The translations under genes were made by a program, and so were the position numbers. Below the pieces are notes generated by a model. It was not told the DNA's origin. It searched no databases and was given only the letters and a program-made list of their open reading frames with translations. 64,000 nt of DNA from Takakia lepidozioides (lineage: Eukaryota; Plantae; Bryophyta): assembly GCA_030704615.1 (NCBI GenBank), contig CM060733.1:3968001-4032000 (forward strand), in the 5' to 3' direction. Shown in pieces: positions 37,654 through 51,344 of the stretch; position 1 is the first letter of the stretch, and each line of letters opens with the position of its first letter.

Positions 37654-39295
37654 TCAACGATAGCGCTTCAAGGAGAGAGTGTTATTCCGTTTCCAGGTGG
37701 CTCGCACAGATGGCCGTGCCTTGGTGTACAGATGACCTCTACCACGGAGACCACGATGCTTCTTACCGGCCGAGGTCAGTCCCCGGAGCTCCCGATGTTT
37801 GTGCACAGGATTTACAATCCAGTTGATCCGTGGGTCCTTCCGGATCACCGAATGTGCTGTGTCGACCAAGATTACCTCGAAGTACTTGTAAGTGGAATCC
37901 TGCACACCTCCCACATCCATCAGTTTCATTCACCACTGCTTTAACCAAGCTTGACCCACCATCTGAAGCACTGAATTCCATAGTGATGGTAACTGCAGTC
38001 CTTCAATTCAAAAATGTATTTTCTGAACAATGTCTACAGCTTCGGATCCCAATTTCGAGCAGAAATCACTGTTCGGGCAGGGGGAAAGCCCTAACATCCG
38101 CATTCAGAGTATCCAATCTCCAACTCACTCTCAATTCTCAGATTTGAAATGAGTACCCCACCCAAGGAATGTGAACCCTCTCCTGAGAAATATAGACAGC
38201 ACAATAAACACATCCCAAAATTAAGACAGGGGAGGAGGGTAGACATAGGAAGATTTTCAGCAAAAACCACCACAGACCAGTCAACGTCTGTGCAGTGGAT
38301 GTAAGACCTCCAGGGTGAGTACCCAGGTATTAGTTGACACACTGACACAAACACAAAACGCACCTGGTTAATCCAGTATGAGTTGAGAACCCTCAGGCCT
38401 CCAAGTTTGCGGCCGGCCCGCTCCTCAGCTACAGAGCGTAGATTGCGCTGGAACTTAAGCTGGGTGATACCCTGATTCTTGGGCTTTCCGTACACAATGC
38501 CCTTGCTCACGGGCCTCTTCCTTCCCCCCCGGCGAACACGGATGCGGTACACGACATAGCCCTGCAAGTTGAGCTAATATTTAACAGTGAACATGCACAT
38601 ATTCGTCCATTCCACTATGGCGGTAGAGTTAGTCGCCATGATTTAGTTGCCGACCTAATTTTGAAGCTGTCCATCCACACATCCAACCTAGCCGAGAAAG
38701 AGTCCTCTCCAGCGCAAAAGCATTTCAACACAGCTCCAGATACGCAGAACAACCAAAATTTACGAGTTTCTGCAAACAGTGTGGGTTTATGCAGCAGGAT
38801 TGAATCTTCCAGATCCTGGATAAAACAGACCTGCTTGGCTTTGAAGCCGAGACGGCGAGCCTTGTCGGGGCGGGTAGGCCGATTGATGCGGACAATGCCG
38901 GGCAGCTGCCTGTACTCCCAGCATCTCACACGAAGCAAAAACCGCAGGACGTCCGACTGCTTCTTCCTCCATAGCTCCTCGACATACTTGTAAGCACCTG
39001 ATCCGATAGAATTACACTAGTCAATGCCCGAGTCCAAGACCTAAAATCCTTGCACATGACTGCAAACACATGCAGACATGTCAAGCTCGAGCGCGAATCA
39101 AATGACCTAACTGTCTTGCCCATGTCAGCTCTGCGCACACAGGTCCACAAAAACAACGAAAAGAGATCACTGCCCTTACTTGCAGACGAGCAATCTCACA
39201 AGAGAACAAGGCATATAAAACTCAAAAGAGAAGGCATCAACTCTGAGTACAAAAGACACGAAATCAATGCAGCGACGCAGATCAGACGCACCCAT
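37654..39295 (-). CDS. RPL15: 60S ribosomal protein L15 (eL15), 204 aa; exons 39292-39295, 38831-38997, 38364-38561, 37654-37899
   Basis: Spliced product [34 protein letters not shown]...[18 protein letters not shown]...[13 protein letters not shown]...LSLKRYR; all introns GT-AG and in phase. Confidence 0.98.
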
Positions 39296-39394
39296 CCCTG
39301 CTCCCTGCCGCGGCCCACAGCAATCCGAAGAGAAGAGACAGATTTCCGCAACGAAGAAACAACAAGAGCTGAGGCTCAGCCGCCAGCTTCACCG

Positions 39395-39403
39395 AAACCC
39401 TAA
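39395..39403. promoter_or_regulatory. Telo-box near the RPL15 start
   Basis: AAACCCTAA ~100 bp upstream of the ATG; typical of plant ribosomal-protein genes. Confidence 0.65.
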
Positions 39404-39899
39404 TCCAACCCTCCTTAAACCCTGGTTAGATCATTCAAACGGATGACATACACATACAATTGGATGTAATCTCAATTTCATCCTATCATAATGAGCGACG
39501 TCTATTTCAAAGTATATTTGTAAATACTTACAGCATTTAATCTCGTCGAATTAGGTGCTCGAGGGCGAGCCTCTTGAGATTTGAACACAGCATCGCTTAG
39601 CCCCCATTCCCTCACCCACATATACACATGGCTCAGGGTTTGATATCACAAACATTCAAAGTGAACAGTTTTTCATCCGTTATGATCTGGGGTTGGGATG
39701 TGGATGAATGAAACCCGAAGACATAATTCGTCATCAGAACATGAGCCTGGGAACATGAGGTTGAATATCATGTATTGTACAGGACAAGCATTTTATTTGG
39801 ATCAAAATACACGTCCAGTAATGACAAACAAGAATTATTATTCTTTCGCGAGGTATTTTGTGGGCCTACGAAAGAAGGTGCGAGACGAAGACGAGGCTC

Positions 39900-42800
39900 T
39901 CAGAGGCGACTGTGCGAGGGTGCAGTCTGCGCGGCCTGATCTGATCCACTTTGTGCGAGACGGGCAAGAACCATTTGCTTCACAACGTTTTTGCGGATCT
40001 TGCCAGTTGATGTGACTGGGAAGGGCTCTGTGGTTGCGATTATGATCTTCGGCACCTTGTACCTGGAAGGCAAGTATTCAACTTCAGTGGATGGATTCGA
40101 TTGGAATGGCAAATGTGGTGTTTTTGTTGTTCACTGGCACGGGGAGGGATGAGTAAACCCCGTCAACAAGTTGAGAAGTGTGAACTGCATGCAGTTCGGA
40201 ACGCCTAGGACTGTTAGAGAATGTTTATCAATGCTTGAGCTTCTCCTTTTCAGATCTAATTTTCGGATTAGCAATTCTAAGTAGAGGATGAAGTCATACA
40301 ACCGACAGCCACATGTGAGAGCATACCTTGAGAGTCCCAGCTGCTGGCAGTGGGACCGTAGATCCAATTCCGAGGGTCTTTCTTCCATAGAGGCCTGTGA
40401 GGACGCTTCAGCTGCATTTGTTCTCTCTGGGATGGGATCTTGCCAGTGCCATTGATCTCTCAACCGGACAAGCGCCCCCACAACCTCATTCATCCGGGGA
40501 TCTGGAATCCCAACAACTACTGCCGCCAAGACTCCTGGATGTTTATTTAGCGCATCTTCCACCTGAAATTCACGTAGATGTTCAAATCCCTCTCCCAGGC
40601 GATGCAGGTCGTAGACTAAAGTCAGCTTTTTACACTTCGCAACACAAGCATTACATTGGCAAATCCAAAGCAGCAGGATCGGCAAGCAAAGAGCTGGAAG
40701 TGCAAGCATCAGATAGGGACACTAGAAATTACCTCAGAAGCATAAACATTTTCGCCCCCACTCTTGATTACATCTTTAGTCCGGCCAAGCAACCACAGAT
40801 ATCCCTCCTCATCTATCCATCCAGTATCACCAGTGTCTAGCCATCCGTCTTTACCCAAGACACTGGCTGTTTCCTTTGGAAGATCCCAGTACCGCTCCAT
40901 CACATGAGGACCCCTGGTAAACACATTCCCTTGTCTCATCAATGTGCCCCTCACCAATCCACTGGTGGAAGGGGTGTCCTCACAACTAAGAGCCGGGTTG
41001 AAAGTGACATTATCATAAATGCCAGAGTAGCTCCCTTCGTTTCCTTGCAAGTCTTGCTTGCTTAAGGGCTGAGCAATCTTGATTTCAATGTGGGGGGCTG
41101 GTTTTCCCACACACGTGCCCCCCAGATGTCCTGTATCCCGACTTCTCAGATTCACTGTGTTTGAATGAGACATGCTGTTCCAACACCCCGGTTCATGAAT
41201 TTTGGCAAAAGACATGGAAGAACATGCTTCAGTCATCCCTGTTAAACAAAGAAACTTTGAACATCAACCATCTCATCACAACCTCAAAGCATTGGGTATA
41301 TACTTTACATTTATCAATTAGATTTGTAGCCACATACAGAACTGGGAGATTGATTCTTGATTACAGAAGCAATTTAAAGAATCAATTCTCCTTGACTGAT
41401 ATCAAAATCGTACATGGTTTAATTTGCAACACCAAGCTTCACCAGTGAATGACTTCAGGACTAACCGTAAGCAGACATGATTGTTGCTGCTGGGAAAAGC
41501 TCCTCGATAGACTCCAAGAGGTGAGGATGAATGCCACCAGCCCCATTCAAGAGCTTTAAAACACTGGGAAATGAACACTTCCCACTAGAGTCGTATCTGC
41601 CAATGACAACAATCAAAACCACATGTGCAAGCAGTACTACCATGTGAACAACCCAACCCAGCAGATAAAAGCCAGCACAGGACACAGTAGGTTTATCAAG
41701 AGGATGATGTGAGTCTTCATTCAGGATTCTTGGCAGATGGAAGAACTATGTGAGATATGCGAAGAATTTTTCAAACCATTATCACATCTTACGGTCTTCC
41801 ACCTGCCCTCCCTTTTACCTTTTCGACGCAGCAACCAAGTCTGCAAGCATTGTTGGCACCACAATCAATGATGTGACCTGGTAATCCTTCATAGCTGCCA
41901 ACACAGCCTCCGCCTGGAACTTGGGTAGAATCACATGGGAGCATCCTGCCATGACGGCGGCCAAAGCTGACGAGATCCCCCCAATGTGACAAAGGGGTGT
42001 TGCATGGAGATATACCTACATTGATGTTGACAAAACACAGATCAACAGCCTATTCACAAACTCAAACATGCCAGCCTGCTGATCATGGTTGAAAAGTGTT
42101 CGGCACATTGGGGAGTGGCATCATTTCTGTGGCACCAGCCAAGTTTGGCCCAACAGAGCTGGATAATAGCCTCTACTCTGATTGACATCTTTTGTCCCTT
42201 TTAAAGATCAGTTAATAATCCTTGGCATAAATTTCTCCTCAATCCTCCATTGATGCTGAAGCTTCCTTACAACCAGGACAACAGAGCCTGCCCAGTGAGA
42301 GCTGTAATTACAGTGGATTTGGGAAATGCAAGGAAGAAGCACTTACATCACTTGAAGAGTAGCCAACTATTGCAATCTTAGCTAAGGATTGGAAAACCAA
42401 GGCACTGTGGCTTATTGCTACACCCTTTGGCCTCCCTGTAGTCCCTGCAATTTGCCAAGGCTACCAATGATCAATATATATACCTTGCTTATGATAGAAG
42501 GACTGCTACCACTCACCATCCTTGGGGAATCAACCCCAACAGAGCATTGAATTAAAAAGCCAGTTTGAAGGAATTTGCAGATTTTGTTTACTACAGCCAG
42601 ATTTGGCACTCTTGTCTACAGAACTAAATTCCATTGACTTCTGCTTGCCAGACCTCAAAATTTGCTGACTTTTTATCGCTTCAAGACTCGTGCTCTCTTC
42701 AAGCTTGAAGTTGAAATCCCAATCCAAACATGCTATATAGGCCTAACTTTTAGGCGAGCCAATGAAGTGGGAAGAGGGAAATGACGCCTTGATGGACTCT

Positions 42801-44557
42801 AGTACCCTCCCAACATTTGAAATGGCAAATTGGAACCACCTTCTAACACTACCCCAAAAAAGTGCTAAGCTGAAAGCCTTGCACTTTCAATTCAGGATAG
42901 GATTCCTTCGCAGCTGTCTTACAATTAGCAACACCACAGGAAGGTTTGAAGTAGCAAGGCACCTGATGTGAAGCAAATGAGGGCAATGGAATCTGGACCC
43001 CAACTGAGCTCAAGCTCTGGACTTGGTCCTGCCCACTTCACCATTTCCTCTGCTCTAATCCCTGCCCCAGATCTCCAGTTCAACATCACCATCTCTGTCA
43101 CTCATTCTTTCTGTAACCTCTGATGCAGTTTGGGGTTGACAGAGAAATGAAATGAAATGAAATGGTGCTTTATAACGTCCACGGAAAGACCTGGAGACAT
43201 TGTACAGTAATATGTGCCGCATCCAATTTGAACATGAACAAGGTCACTTAAGGGAGCTAGGTGAACGTACATGAGATAGGAGTGTGTAACCCCGAACTGA
43301 GAAGGACTTGCAGATGAAGAGATGGGCACTGACTCTTGAGACCTGGCCATTGGGCAGCACAGGTATCATCGACCACCAACATTACTGCCCCAATTTGCTG
43401 CACTGCCTCGCGTGCTTCTTCGGTGCTCTGCCATTTCCATACAGACCATTTCAGCTATCACAGAGGCATAGTTAGGTAGGGGCAGCAAAATACACTTATA
43501 CTTATTAGTGATTGTGGACCAAGCCTGCTGTGGAAGAAGTCTGAAGGGGGAGGAGGGGGAAGGGGGAAAAAATAAGGGCAGGTTGGGGATAATTAAACTG
43601 GGGTAACGTAATGGCTCATCTGGTGAGGCTTTGCAAAAGTTGTTATGGTATTCCAAGCATCCTTCAGCGTACAGATTTGGCCATCTTTCTTTCAAGGTGC
43701 TGAATCGGTGGTATATGCAGCCCCTGATCATTTGGTTGAAGTTGAGTGTGTCACAGCTAGAGCCTTTGGCTCCAGGTCGTTTCTGTGGTCTATGTTTTGG
43801 CAAGTGAGTTTCTTTCCTTCCAGAAAAACAGAAGAAGAAATACAGACAGGGAGCAGTTAAGCCAAGGTCCTACCACATAGACAGGAGGAGTATAGATAAC
43901 AAAACAAGGGAAAGACAGAAATTTTGAGCGACACACAGACAGTATGTACCTACTGGGAGACGATGGTTAATGTATCAGTTCAAAACCACGGTATCATTGC
44001 ACAGGGCACAGAAGTTGTATGTGTATGCAATCCAGGTGAAAGTTGAACAGACATCTTTTTCACGTACCCATCGGTAGTTGAGAGGAGCAATGATGCCACC
44101 TGCGCATGGAACCGCCAGTAACCACTCCAAATACCACTCGCTGCACACACGTCCTCCACCCAATACTGAGCTACTATTTTCCAACTGCCCTCCCCCTGAA
44201 ATGCAAGCAATGAAAGAACTCCTCTGTATCTGTCTGGGTAGAAGTGGATACAAGATCCATTGAGTTTAAAGAAAGATAGAGCTCGAAAACTAGGACCTCG
44301 AATTATAAATCATGTTCTAAGATCATCTTCATCATCCTCATTAAAACCAAGACAGAAAAAATGGAATACCTGTTCAGAGCAGCAATGGCAACCCGGTCGC
44401 CAGAACTCAGGCCCACTCTCCGAAGGCCGAGTGTAAGGGCAGCCACTCGATACAGCAGCTGCTGGCCAGACTGTGCCCGACGCTCACACACAATGCTCCC
44501 TCTCCAGTGCGTCTTCAGGGCAGTGAGAGACTGCCCAATGTGGGCTCGGCCCCCCAT
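39900..44557 (-). CDS. AAE14: o-Succinylbenzoate-CoA ligase (phylloquinone biosynthesis), about 10 exons, C-terminal PTS1 SRL
   Basis: Exons encode MGGRAHIGQSL..GDRVAIAALN; EWLLAVPCAGGIIAPLNYRW; ICFTS/GTTGRPKGVAISH..QSLAKIAIVGY; VYLHATPLCHIGG; LNGAGG..SAYGMTEACSS; GWLDTGD..GRTKDVIKSGGENVY; TSTGKIRK..SHSRL*. Confidence 0.95.
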
Positions 44558-45031
44558 TGATACACCTTCCTTTCTGCTTTTCCTACCCACTGTAGTGTCA
44601 CACGTCAGTACATCTCTTGATCCTCTCACTCCTCCAGCTTCCAACTCCCAAAGTTCATCTCAATCAGCTCCGATATCCGACATGGCTCAAAGGCTATAGC
44701 CATGGCTGCAGGAGACAAAACTAGAGTGGATTCTCTCGGCTTCAAGCGTTTCACATTCTTCATTCTTACTTCGAGCATGCTTTCCAGAAAATGTGGGAAC
44801 CCACGAGACTGTGTCTTCTCCAAGTAGGTACTCGAGTCGATTGCTGGATTGCTGCAGAGATCAGAAGCAGGCATGGCCTCGTGGCACCCAAAGTGTCTGA
44901 TCGTATTTTTGTGCCGTTTAATTGGGAGATCAGCCACGCGGCAGCATTTCAGTAGTCACAATCCACAACGTAATATCCGGTAACAAACTTTTTTCTTTTT
45001 CTTTTTCTTTTCCTTTTTTAAAGGGGACCAC

Positions 45032-45157
45032 CTGGGACAAGAGTACAGTGAAATAAACTCAAACCACCATTGGAAGGACATACTAGTTGGAAAAACTGTT
45101 CCTATGATTCAAGAACCATGGTGGTTTGAGTTTATTTCACCGTATAGCTTGTCCCAG
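45032..45157. mobile_element. Hairpin-forming MITE (~126 bp)
   Basis: Arms CTGGGACAAG..GTGAAATAAACTCAAACCACCA and TGGTGGTTTGAGTTTATTTCAC..CTTGTCCCAG; TA on the right flank. Confidence 0.75.
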
Positions 45158-45176
45158 TATAATTTCTTCTGAGACC

Positions 45177-45783
45177 TTACAAGCTGATTGATATCTTTGC
45201 GGATCGGGTAGTACCTAGCCCACAATTCTTTGTTGGTTTGTTGGTTTTCAAATTGCAGCACTCTTTATAGATGACTCGTCTCTCAGCTATCTTAAGTTTA
45301 GTATCATTGGTCCACCAATTAACAGCTCTACCACAGACAATTAGTTTCCCAATGATCTTGTCAGCCACAGAGGAGACGAAACTCTCCCAAGAATCCGATG
45401 CTCTTTCAATTTCATTTCTTGCATTGTCAGAGCGAGACTGAAGGTCTTGGTGGGAGTGGACAAAATGAGGGAGAGCCTCTTGCAAGGCCTGGACATACTC
45501 AGCCTTGACCTCTTCATTATGGAATTTTTCTATGCGCCACTTCCGAATCGGACGTTTCACAGATCTGTTAGTGTTGGGAAAACACATTTAGATCTCAGTC
45601 CAACCAGGAAGTGGTCAGAGGTACCAATATCAGTTCTGTTGATCAACACACTGGCACTCTGGTGAAACAACTTTGTCCATTATGATATAATCCACAATGG
45701 AACGTTCCCCAGTTTGGGCTTTCTCACAGAGTCCACTGCACACTGTCTCCTTTTGACCTATTATTCAAGGTCAAAAGCTGAAG
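45177..45783 (-). mobile_element. LINE ORF2 remnant: end of the APE endonuclease plus linker (RTEX-like)
   Basis: Across frameshifts: LNNR..QWT..ERSIVDYIIMD..RTDIGTSDHFLV, then RKWRIEKFHNEEVK..WESFVSSVA..IVCGRAVNWW..KIAERRVIYK. Confidence 0.85.
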
Positions 45784-46400
45784 ATATCCTCACATAGATA
45801 GTAAGAAGATATTAAAATGAACACCTCAAATGACAACCATTGTGATATGATAATTGTATGAGGGCTTTAATGTCGCAATATACAAATACCACAACCCTCC
45901 TCCTTCATGGTTTGGAAAAGTTTCTTGTACTCAACTTCATAACATACATCTGACATGACATGAGTATCTTCTACTTGGTGTTTGTACACACCATCTACCA
46001 CTTTCCTTTCTGGTTATTTCTTCATCATGTTGATATACTAACATGGTTTTTTTTTGGCCTGGCAGAAGGTCCCTCCATGACAAAGATACGGAGCAGTGAC
46101 CTTCATAAGGTATGTCCTCCAATTCAGTTAAAGCTCTCTGTGTAATAACTTTGATGAATAATCGGAGCATACAGTTGGAATGTGAGCACTGCACAGTGAA
46201 AGCCACCTTTAGGACCCTCCCAGACTTTTCTATAATATTGCTTGATTGCAAAAACACTACAAATCCTATTGAAGGGAAGCAGAAATCTTTAAACCTTGAC
46301 TACAGTTCAACCCGCATCTAACTGATACAAACACACCCCTACCTTACTTTTTACCTTTCCCATATATGATGAAAGACTGCGAGAAAGACCATTCACCAAT

Positions 46401-48973
46401 TCAGACTAACTTCTTGAAAAGCTCCACAACTTCACCACTTTGTACCATCTCATCCAAAACATCAGCTCCTCCGACGAACTCACCCTTCACATACACCTGT
46501 GGCAAACAAACTTGGCTCAGAATTTAAGCTTCAAGCCAACCCAACTTCAAATGGATATTGGAAGAACCCACAATAGGGAAGGCATGGCTGGAATGGAACA
46601 GTAAAGGCTGTCCCATTCTATTTATGTCAATATATAGAGAGTGAAGTGTATATTTCCATCGACGTCTCAGACAGATTAAATATTCAAATGTCACGTGTGC
46701 AATTCACTGGTGGTTACTCTAGCAAAGCTGCTGCATAGATGTATTGTATTCTCACATGCCGGTCAAATCACAGCTAACTATTGTGAGTGTAACAGCTAGC
46801 TGTTAGACACAAAAACATTATGATGACTACATATCAATTTGTCCTACTTGACCCCGGCCACCTCAGCCAGGGCGATTTCTAAGTGAGACCATCCACATAC
46901 AATCAAACTTACCACATCAGACATCTAGCTTCACAGCTCAAGTTTCAGGTATGTGAATTTCCCCTCCTAGTCACGTCCCTCCTTGTGTACAACTTCAGCA
47001 GAATGCTAAAGAAATCTCTCTCTGTTGTGCCTTTTGCACTCACCTGTGGAATAGTGGGCCACTGGCTGTAGTTCTTTATGGCTTCTCTCAAGCCTGGATT
47101 ATGATCCTCGTCCAACACATTAAGAGTCTCATAGTCTACCCCCTGCTCATTTAATATTGTCAAAACTCGGTGTGAAAATCCACATTGGGGTGATGTTCGT
47201 GTGCCCTTGATGAAGGCTACTACTTTGCATTCCTTCACAACCTTGTCAATCAACTCCTCAAGAGAGACATTGAGCTTCACATGCGCTCCAGGTGTGAGCC
47301 TGATCTCGGGCTTTGTTTGTCTCTGTTTCCTGGCAGTCCAAGTGGTGTTACCAGAAATGTTTCCAGGTGGCACATCTCCAGACTCGTGGATGTGCTCCTC
47401 CATCCATGCCTTCCATGCGTCTGTAAGTGCTGCTTTCTCAGGCGCTTCTATTACTTCAAACTGTGCCACAATGAAGACAGCAATTGAGTTACAGAATGTA
47501 CTCATGCGACAATGTTTGCCGTAGCCTTCTGGACCACCCCAGTTTGGGCAGAATAAGAGGAAACAGACACTACCTTTGTGAGGGGCTCACTCCAGTAGTG
47601 GGACTCACCTTTAGTAACAGATAGAGGCAGAAGAAAGAAACAAAGAGAGAGGAACATGACGATTTACAGTTAGATTTGCTTTGCTTCCTAGGCTGTGGTT
47701 GATCATAGGAGACTAATGGACAATTCAGCAGTGTCCAAATATCGCGTATTTAAGTAGATCTTCTTACATGCTTCCACTGATCTGCCAAAACTGGGCCTAC
47801 CCCTTTCATTTGGGGACTCTTCACTTGTATGAGCAGAGTCTTTGTGGTGTCCTCAACTTTAAATTCCTTCTGGATTTGAATGTCACTCCCCAGACTAGAG
47901 AAACAGTTGAACTAGTCGTCTTGCTCTGACGAGAGTCAGTCAGTAGGGCTTTTTCATTGACGAACACACACCCAAAGTCAAGCAGAATATAATGTGATCT
48001 TACCACAACGATCATTCAGGTCTGTGGGGTGTTTAAGTGTATGGTGATATTGGACTCTGCTATGTGGTTCACAACAAAATCTGTCAAAGAAATTAATGAA
48101 GCAGGCCTGTTTGAAATGCTTGTGAACAATTCAGATGTGCTCATTGACCATTCTCTAAGTTCTGTCTCAAAGTCGAATCACCCAGCCTTCCACCTGAGAA
48201 ATGATACAGCTGGTATTTTTTAACTGTCTCCTTCAAGGTGAGGGCTTACCAATTCCGAAAATTGCTGGAAAGGCTGGGAGAACTTGCCTCCCGCTGTGAA
48301 TCCTTTAAGGCGGAACTGATTACTAGTTACCGCGTGGACCTCTATTTAAAAAACTCACAAGAGTGGCAGACGCTGCTAGAGAGGTGCACCAGAAGAATTG
48401 GCAGTCTGGATTAGGTCTTGTCATTCTAGGCCTCTCTTCCTGTTCTTGGATCGTCATCGCCGTAGTCAATGAGGATTTGAGTACAAAGTTGTATCTGTTG
48501 CTTGCCTCGCCAAGAGAGAGAGAGAGAGAGAGAGAGAGAACCTTAGCAGAGACACAAAGCGCGGGCAGGTCTTTGACGTGATTCTGAAGGCTGAGTGATA
48601 CCCGCCGGGAGAGCCCTACGTACTGCAACTTCCCTTCCTTATCGTACACTGCATAGATCCCTGGGGCAGCTGGAAAGCTTGTGCTCCCTGTCGACAGCTC
48701 TACAGGCTCCAACTCCGATAGCTTCTTCAAAGCGCACACGGAAAGTATGAAGCATTTCTTTCCGTGATTTTGTATGTGAACGGACTTGCCAGCTCTTAAG
48801 GGGTTCCAGCATGTTAAACTAGAAAAAAGAGGTGAGGCAGATACTAATAAGCTTGAGAATGTCCGAGACGCTTTGCTAGATGGCCAAAATTTCTGACCTT
48901 TTGACGGATTTAACAAGACTCCAGTGTGACATGATGAAGTGCTTGCTAGGAGAGAGCAAATAGCAGACGCCAT
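46401..48973 (-). CDS. GRXS16: Plastid monothiol glutaredoxin with N-terminal GIY-YIG domain, ~314 aa; exons 48542-48973, 47044-47460, 46401-46496
   Basis: Ser-rich transit peptide; [15 protein letters not shown]; PPGN..GNTTW; PQCGFS active site; [18 protein letters not shown]; in-phase GT-AG introns. Confidence 0.96.
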
Positions 48974-51344
48974 CGCCAGCGACCTTCCTTTGTTTCCAAA
49001 ACAAAGAAAAACCCACAACCTTCACAGCTTTGGGCAACAAAATGTATGTTGAGCACTAGGCTCTGTAAATTCACTGGACGTGAGCTCTTATAGTGAGAGG
49101 AAAAATAACCTCTTACACAGTAACCTCGGCATGTGTGTCTCTCTGTGCTCCGTAGCTTCTGGTTCTGTCCTACTCCCTGTCTCTTTTTAAAATCGCACCG
49201 GCACGAACTTGCGTGCCTAGGCAGTTGTGTGTAATCCCTTTATTCTCTTCTTTAAGAATTGATGATGCGGTCTTTCGATACAGATGGCCATTGCCACAGG
49301 GAGATCATATCTATAGGTACTAAAACTAACATGTTTAACCTTCAACGATGATGCCATGCCACGATAGACGATTTAAGCTTTCTGTCAATGGTATGTTTGA
49401 TGTGCTCTCCTGATCGCGTTGTGGTGGGGTTTCGTGAAATGAGTTTTCAGGCCTAGGGCAAGTGCGAAAAAATTGTAGAAGGAAGACGTTGGACAAGGTA
49501 GGGACCAGTCAAGCGTTGTAGCAGCAGCTCAAAAGCTACGAATGACATGGGACTCATCAAGAATACTTGTAAGGCAGAGAGCTCAGGCTTGGTGCTCGCC
49601 AAAGGGTAGTGAGCAAATCTACACTCTTCAGTGTTTTGGATTCTTTCTTTGAATAGAGGATGCAGGTTGAGTGCAGAGAGAGAGGTCTGAGTTGCTATTA
49701 ACACAGGTGTTCAAATTTTCCCTTCACATAAACGGTCTCAAGAGATCCTTCTACTAGCAATTTGCTCACTGAGTTGCCAACTAAGAGAACACTTTCAGAC
49801 TCAGAAAGGGCTCGTGCTCACAGCCCTCCTCTGCAAACATGTCATATGTTAGACTGCACCCAGCTACGATGACAAAGGTGAGGATCCTAATACGAATTTA
49901 AAACTTGGGATTAGATCTTTCGAACATAGAGAGATCTCGAGAGAGCTCTTAGATAGAAGTGCAAGAGTTGCGCAAGCACTCCGAAAGGATATTTGGCAGT
50001 ACAGTGTGATTCTTGAACTGGGGATTGCGGGGATGAACTGGTACTAGAACCCATGATCCCTTCTTTCTCGAATAAAAGTCCAAAATTGCTTACATCATGT
50101 TCAAAGAGAGAACATTAAGGAACAAGTTACTGTAGGGGATGTGCTTACTCTGAAAGAAATGTGTTTCCTAGGAAAGTATAACTTAGAACACACGAAAAGA
50201 AACTCTCCCCTGACCAGTGCTTGCTGAGGGATCCAACACACCATTTCTGCATCGACATCCAGATCAGATCTGTTGCACTTCACAGGCCCCATCCTAAACC
50301 GGCACTGTCTCTACTGTTTATAAAGCACCATTTCATTTCTACGGTTTGTCCTTCTATCTTTGGGCAATATTGGCTTAAGGTCCCACCTTTCTGAAATGTG
50401 CTCGAGCAACAAAACAGGTGGAGCTTGCTTGGACATGCTAAACCTTCCAACATCATTGCTTACCACCCAAGGAGGATTCAAAACTCACCCAGCCTGGAAT
50501 CAGCTCTTCCCTTCCATTATCATGGGACCTGGACTGTGCAGCTTCTGGAAAGTAAGGGTATCCACCCTCATAGGGCCAGAGCTGCAGCTGCAACGCCAGA
50601 ATCATCTCATCTCCCTCACCAAAAACACAGAAAAAGTGACAATAATGAAGGAAATAAGGAAGGACATGAATGTCTCTGTAATCAAAGTGTCTGTCGAAAA
50701 TCCCAACAAAGCAGACACATGGCCCATGGGATGCATTGGAAAATTGTAGATGCGGAGAGCAATGCATTCATGGCAAGCTGTGTCGATCACAGCTTGTTGG
50801 AGCGCTTTGGTGGCCGATACAGGGTAGGAAGAGGAACTGATGTTAGGAAATCTCATAAGAGCAGATGAAAATGCAAGGGCTGATGTGGCGGAGATTGCGG
50901 CCACAGTTGCTCCCAAAATTAGGCCATCACAGAGCCACGGAGTAGACCGTAATTTCTGCCACATGCACCTCATTGTTGCAATCCAAACACCAGCCATCCT
51001 TGTATTGCACTTGCTGACAAGGTACAATACTTTCTGTATGCTTAAAGCAATGGTTTCCTTGAAGTAACGGGCATCTGAGAATAATTGTGCCTGCAATCAC
51101 TATGACAGAGGTCTGGGTATCTGTTATGAATTCCAGAAGCTCTCGACTACACGTCTTTCTTTCTCGGTGCCCCTCCAGCCCCCAACACACACACCACTGA
51201 TTTCAAAGCAGACCAGAGAATATTGGCTACACGATTAATCCTACTTGCTCAATACAGAATCTCTTGTGTTTTAGTGTGAAAAGGTTAGCACTTCTGACTG
51301 AATTGTTTAAGCCACTATAGCCTATTACCTCCAGAAGAGAAAAG

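Noticed and set aside
8396-44557. Biosynthetic gene cluster (FAH, 4CL-like, AAE14)
   Set aside because: FAH and 4CL-like are dead fragments, the pathways are unrelated, and housekeeping genes lie between them.
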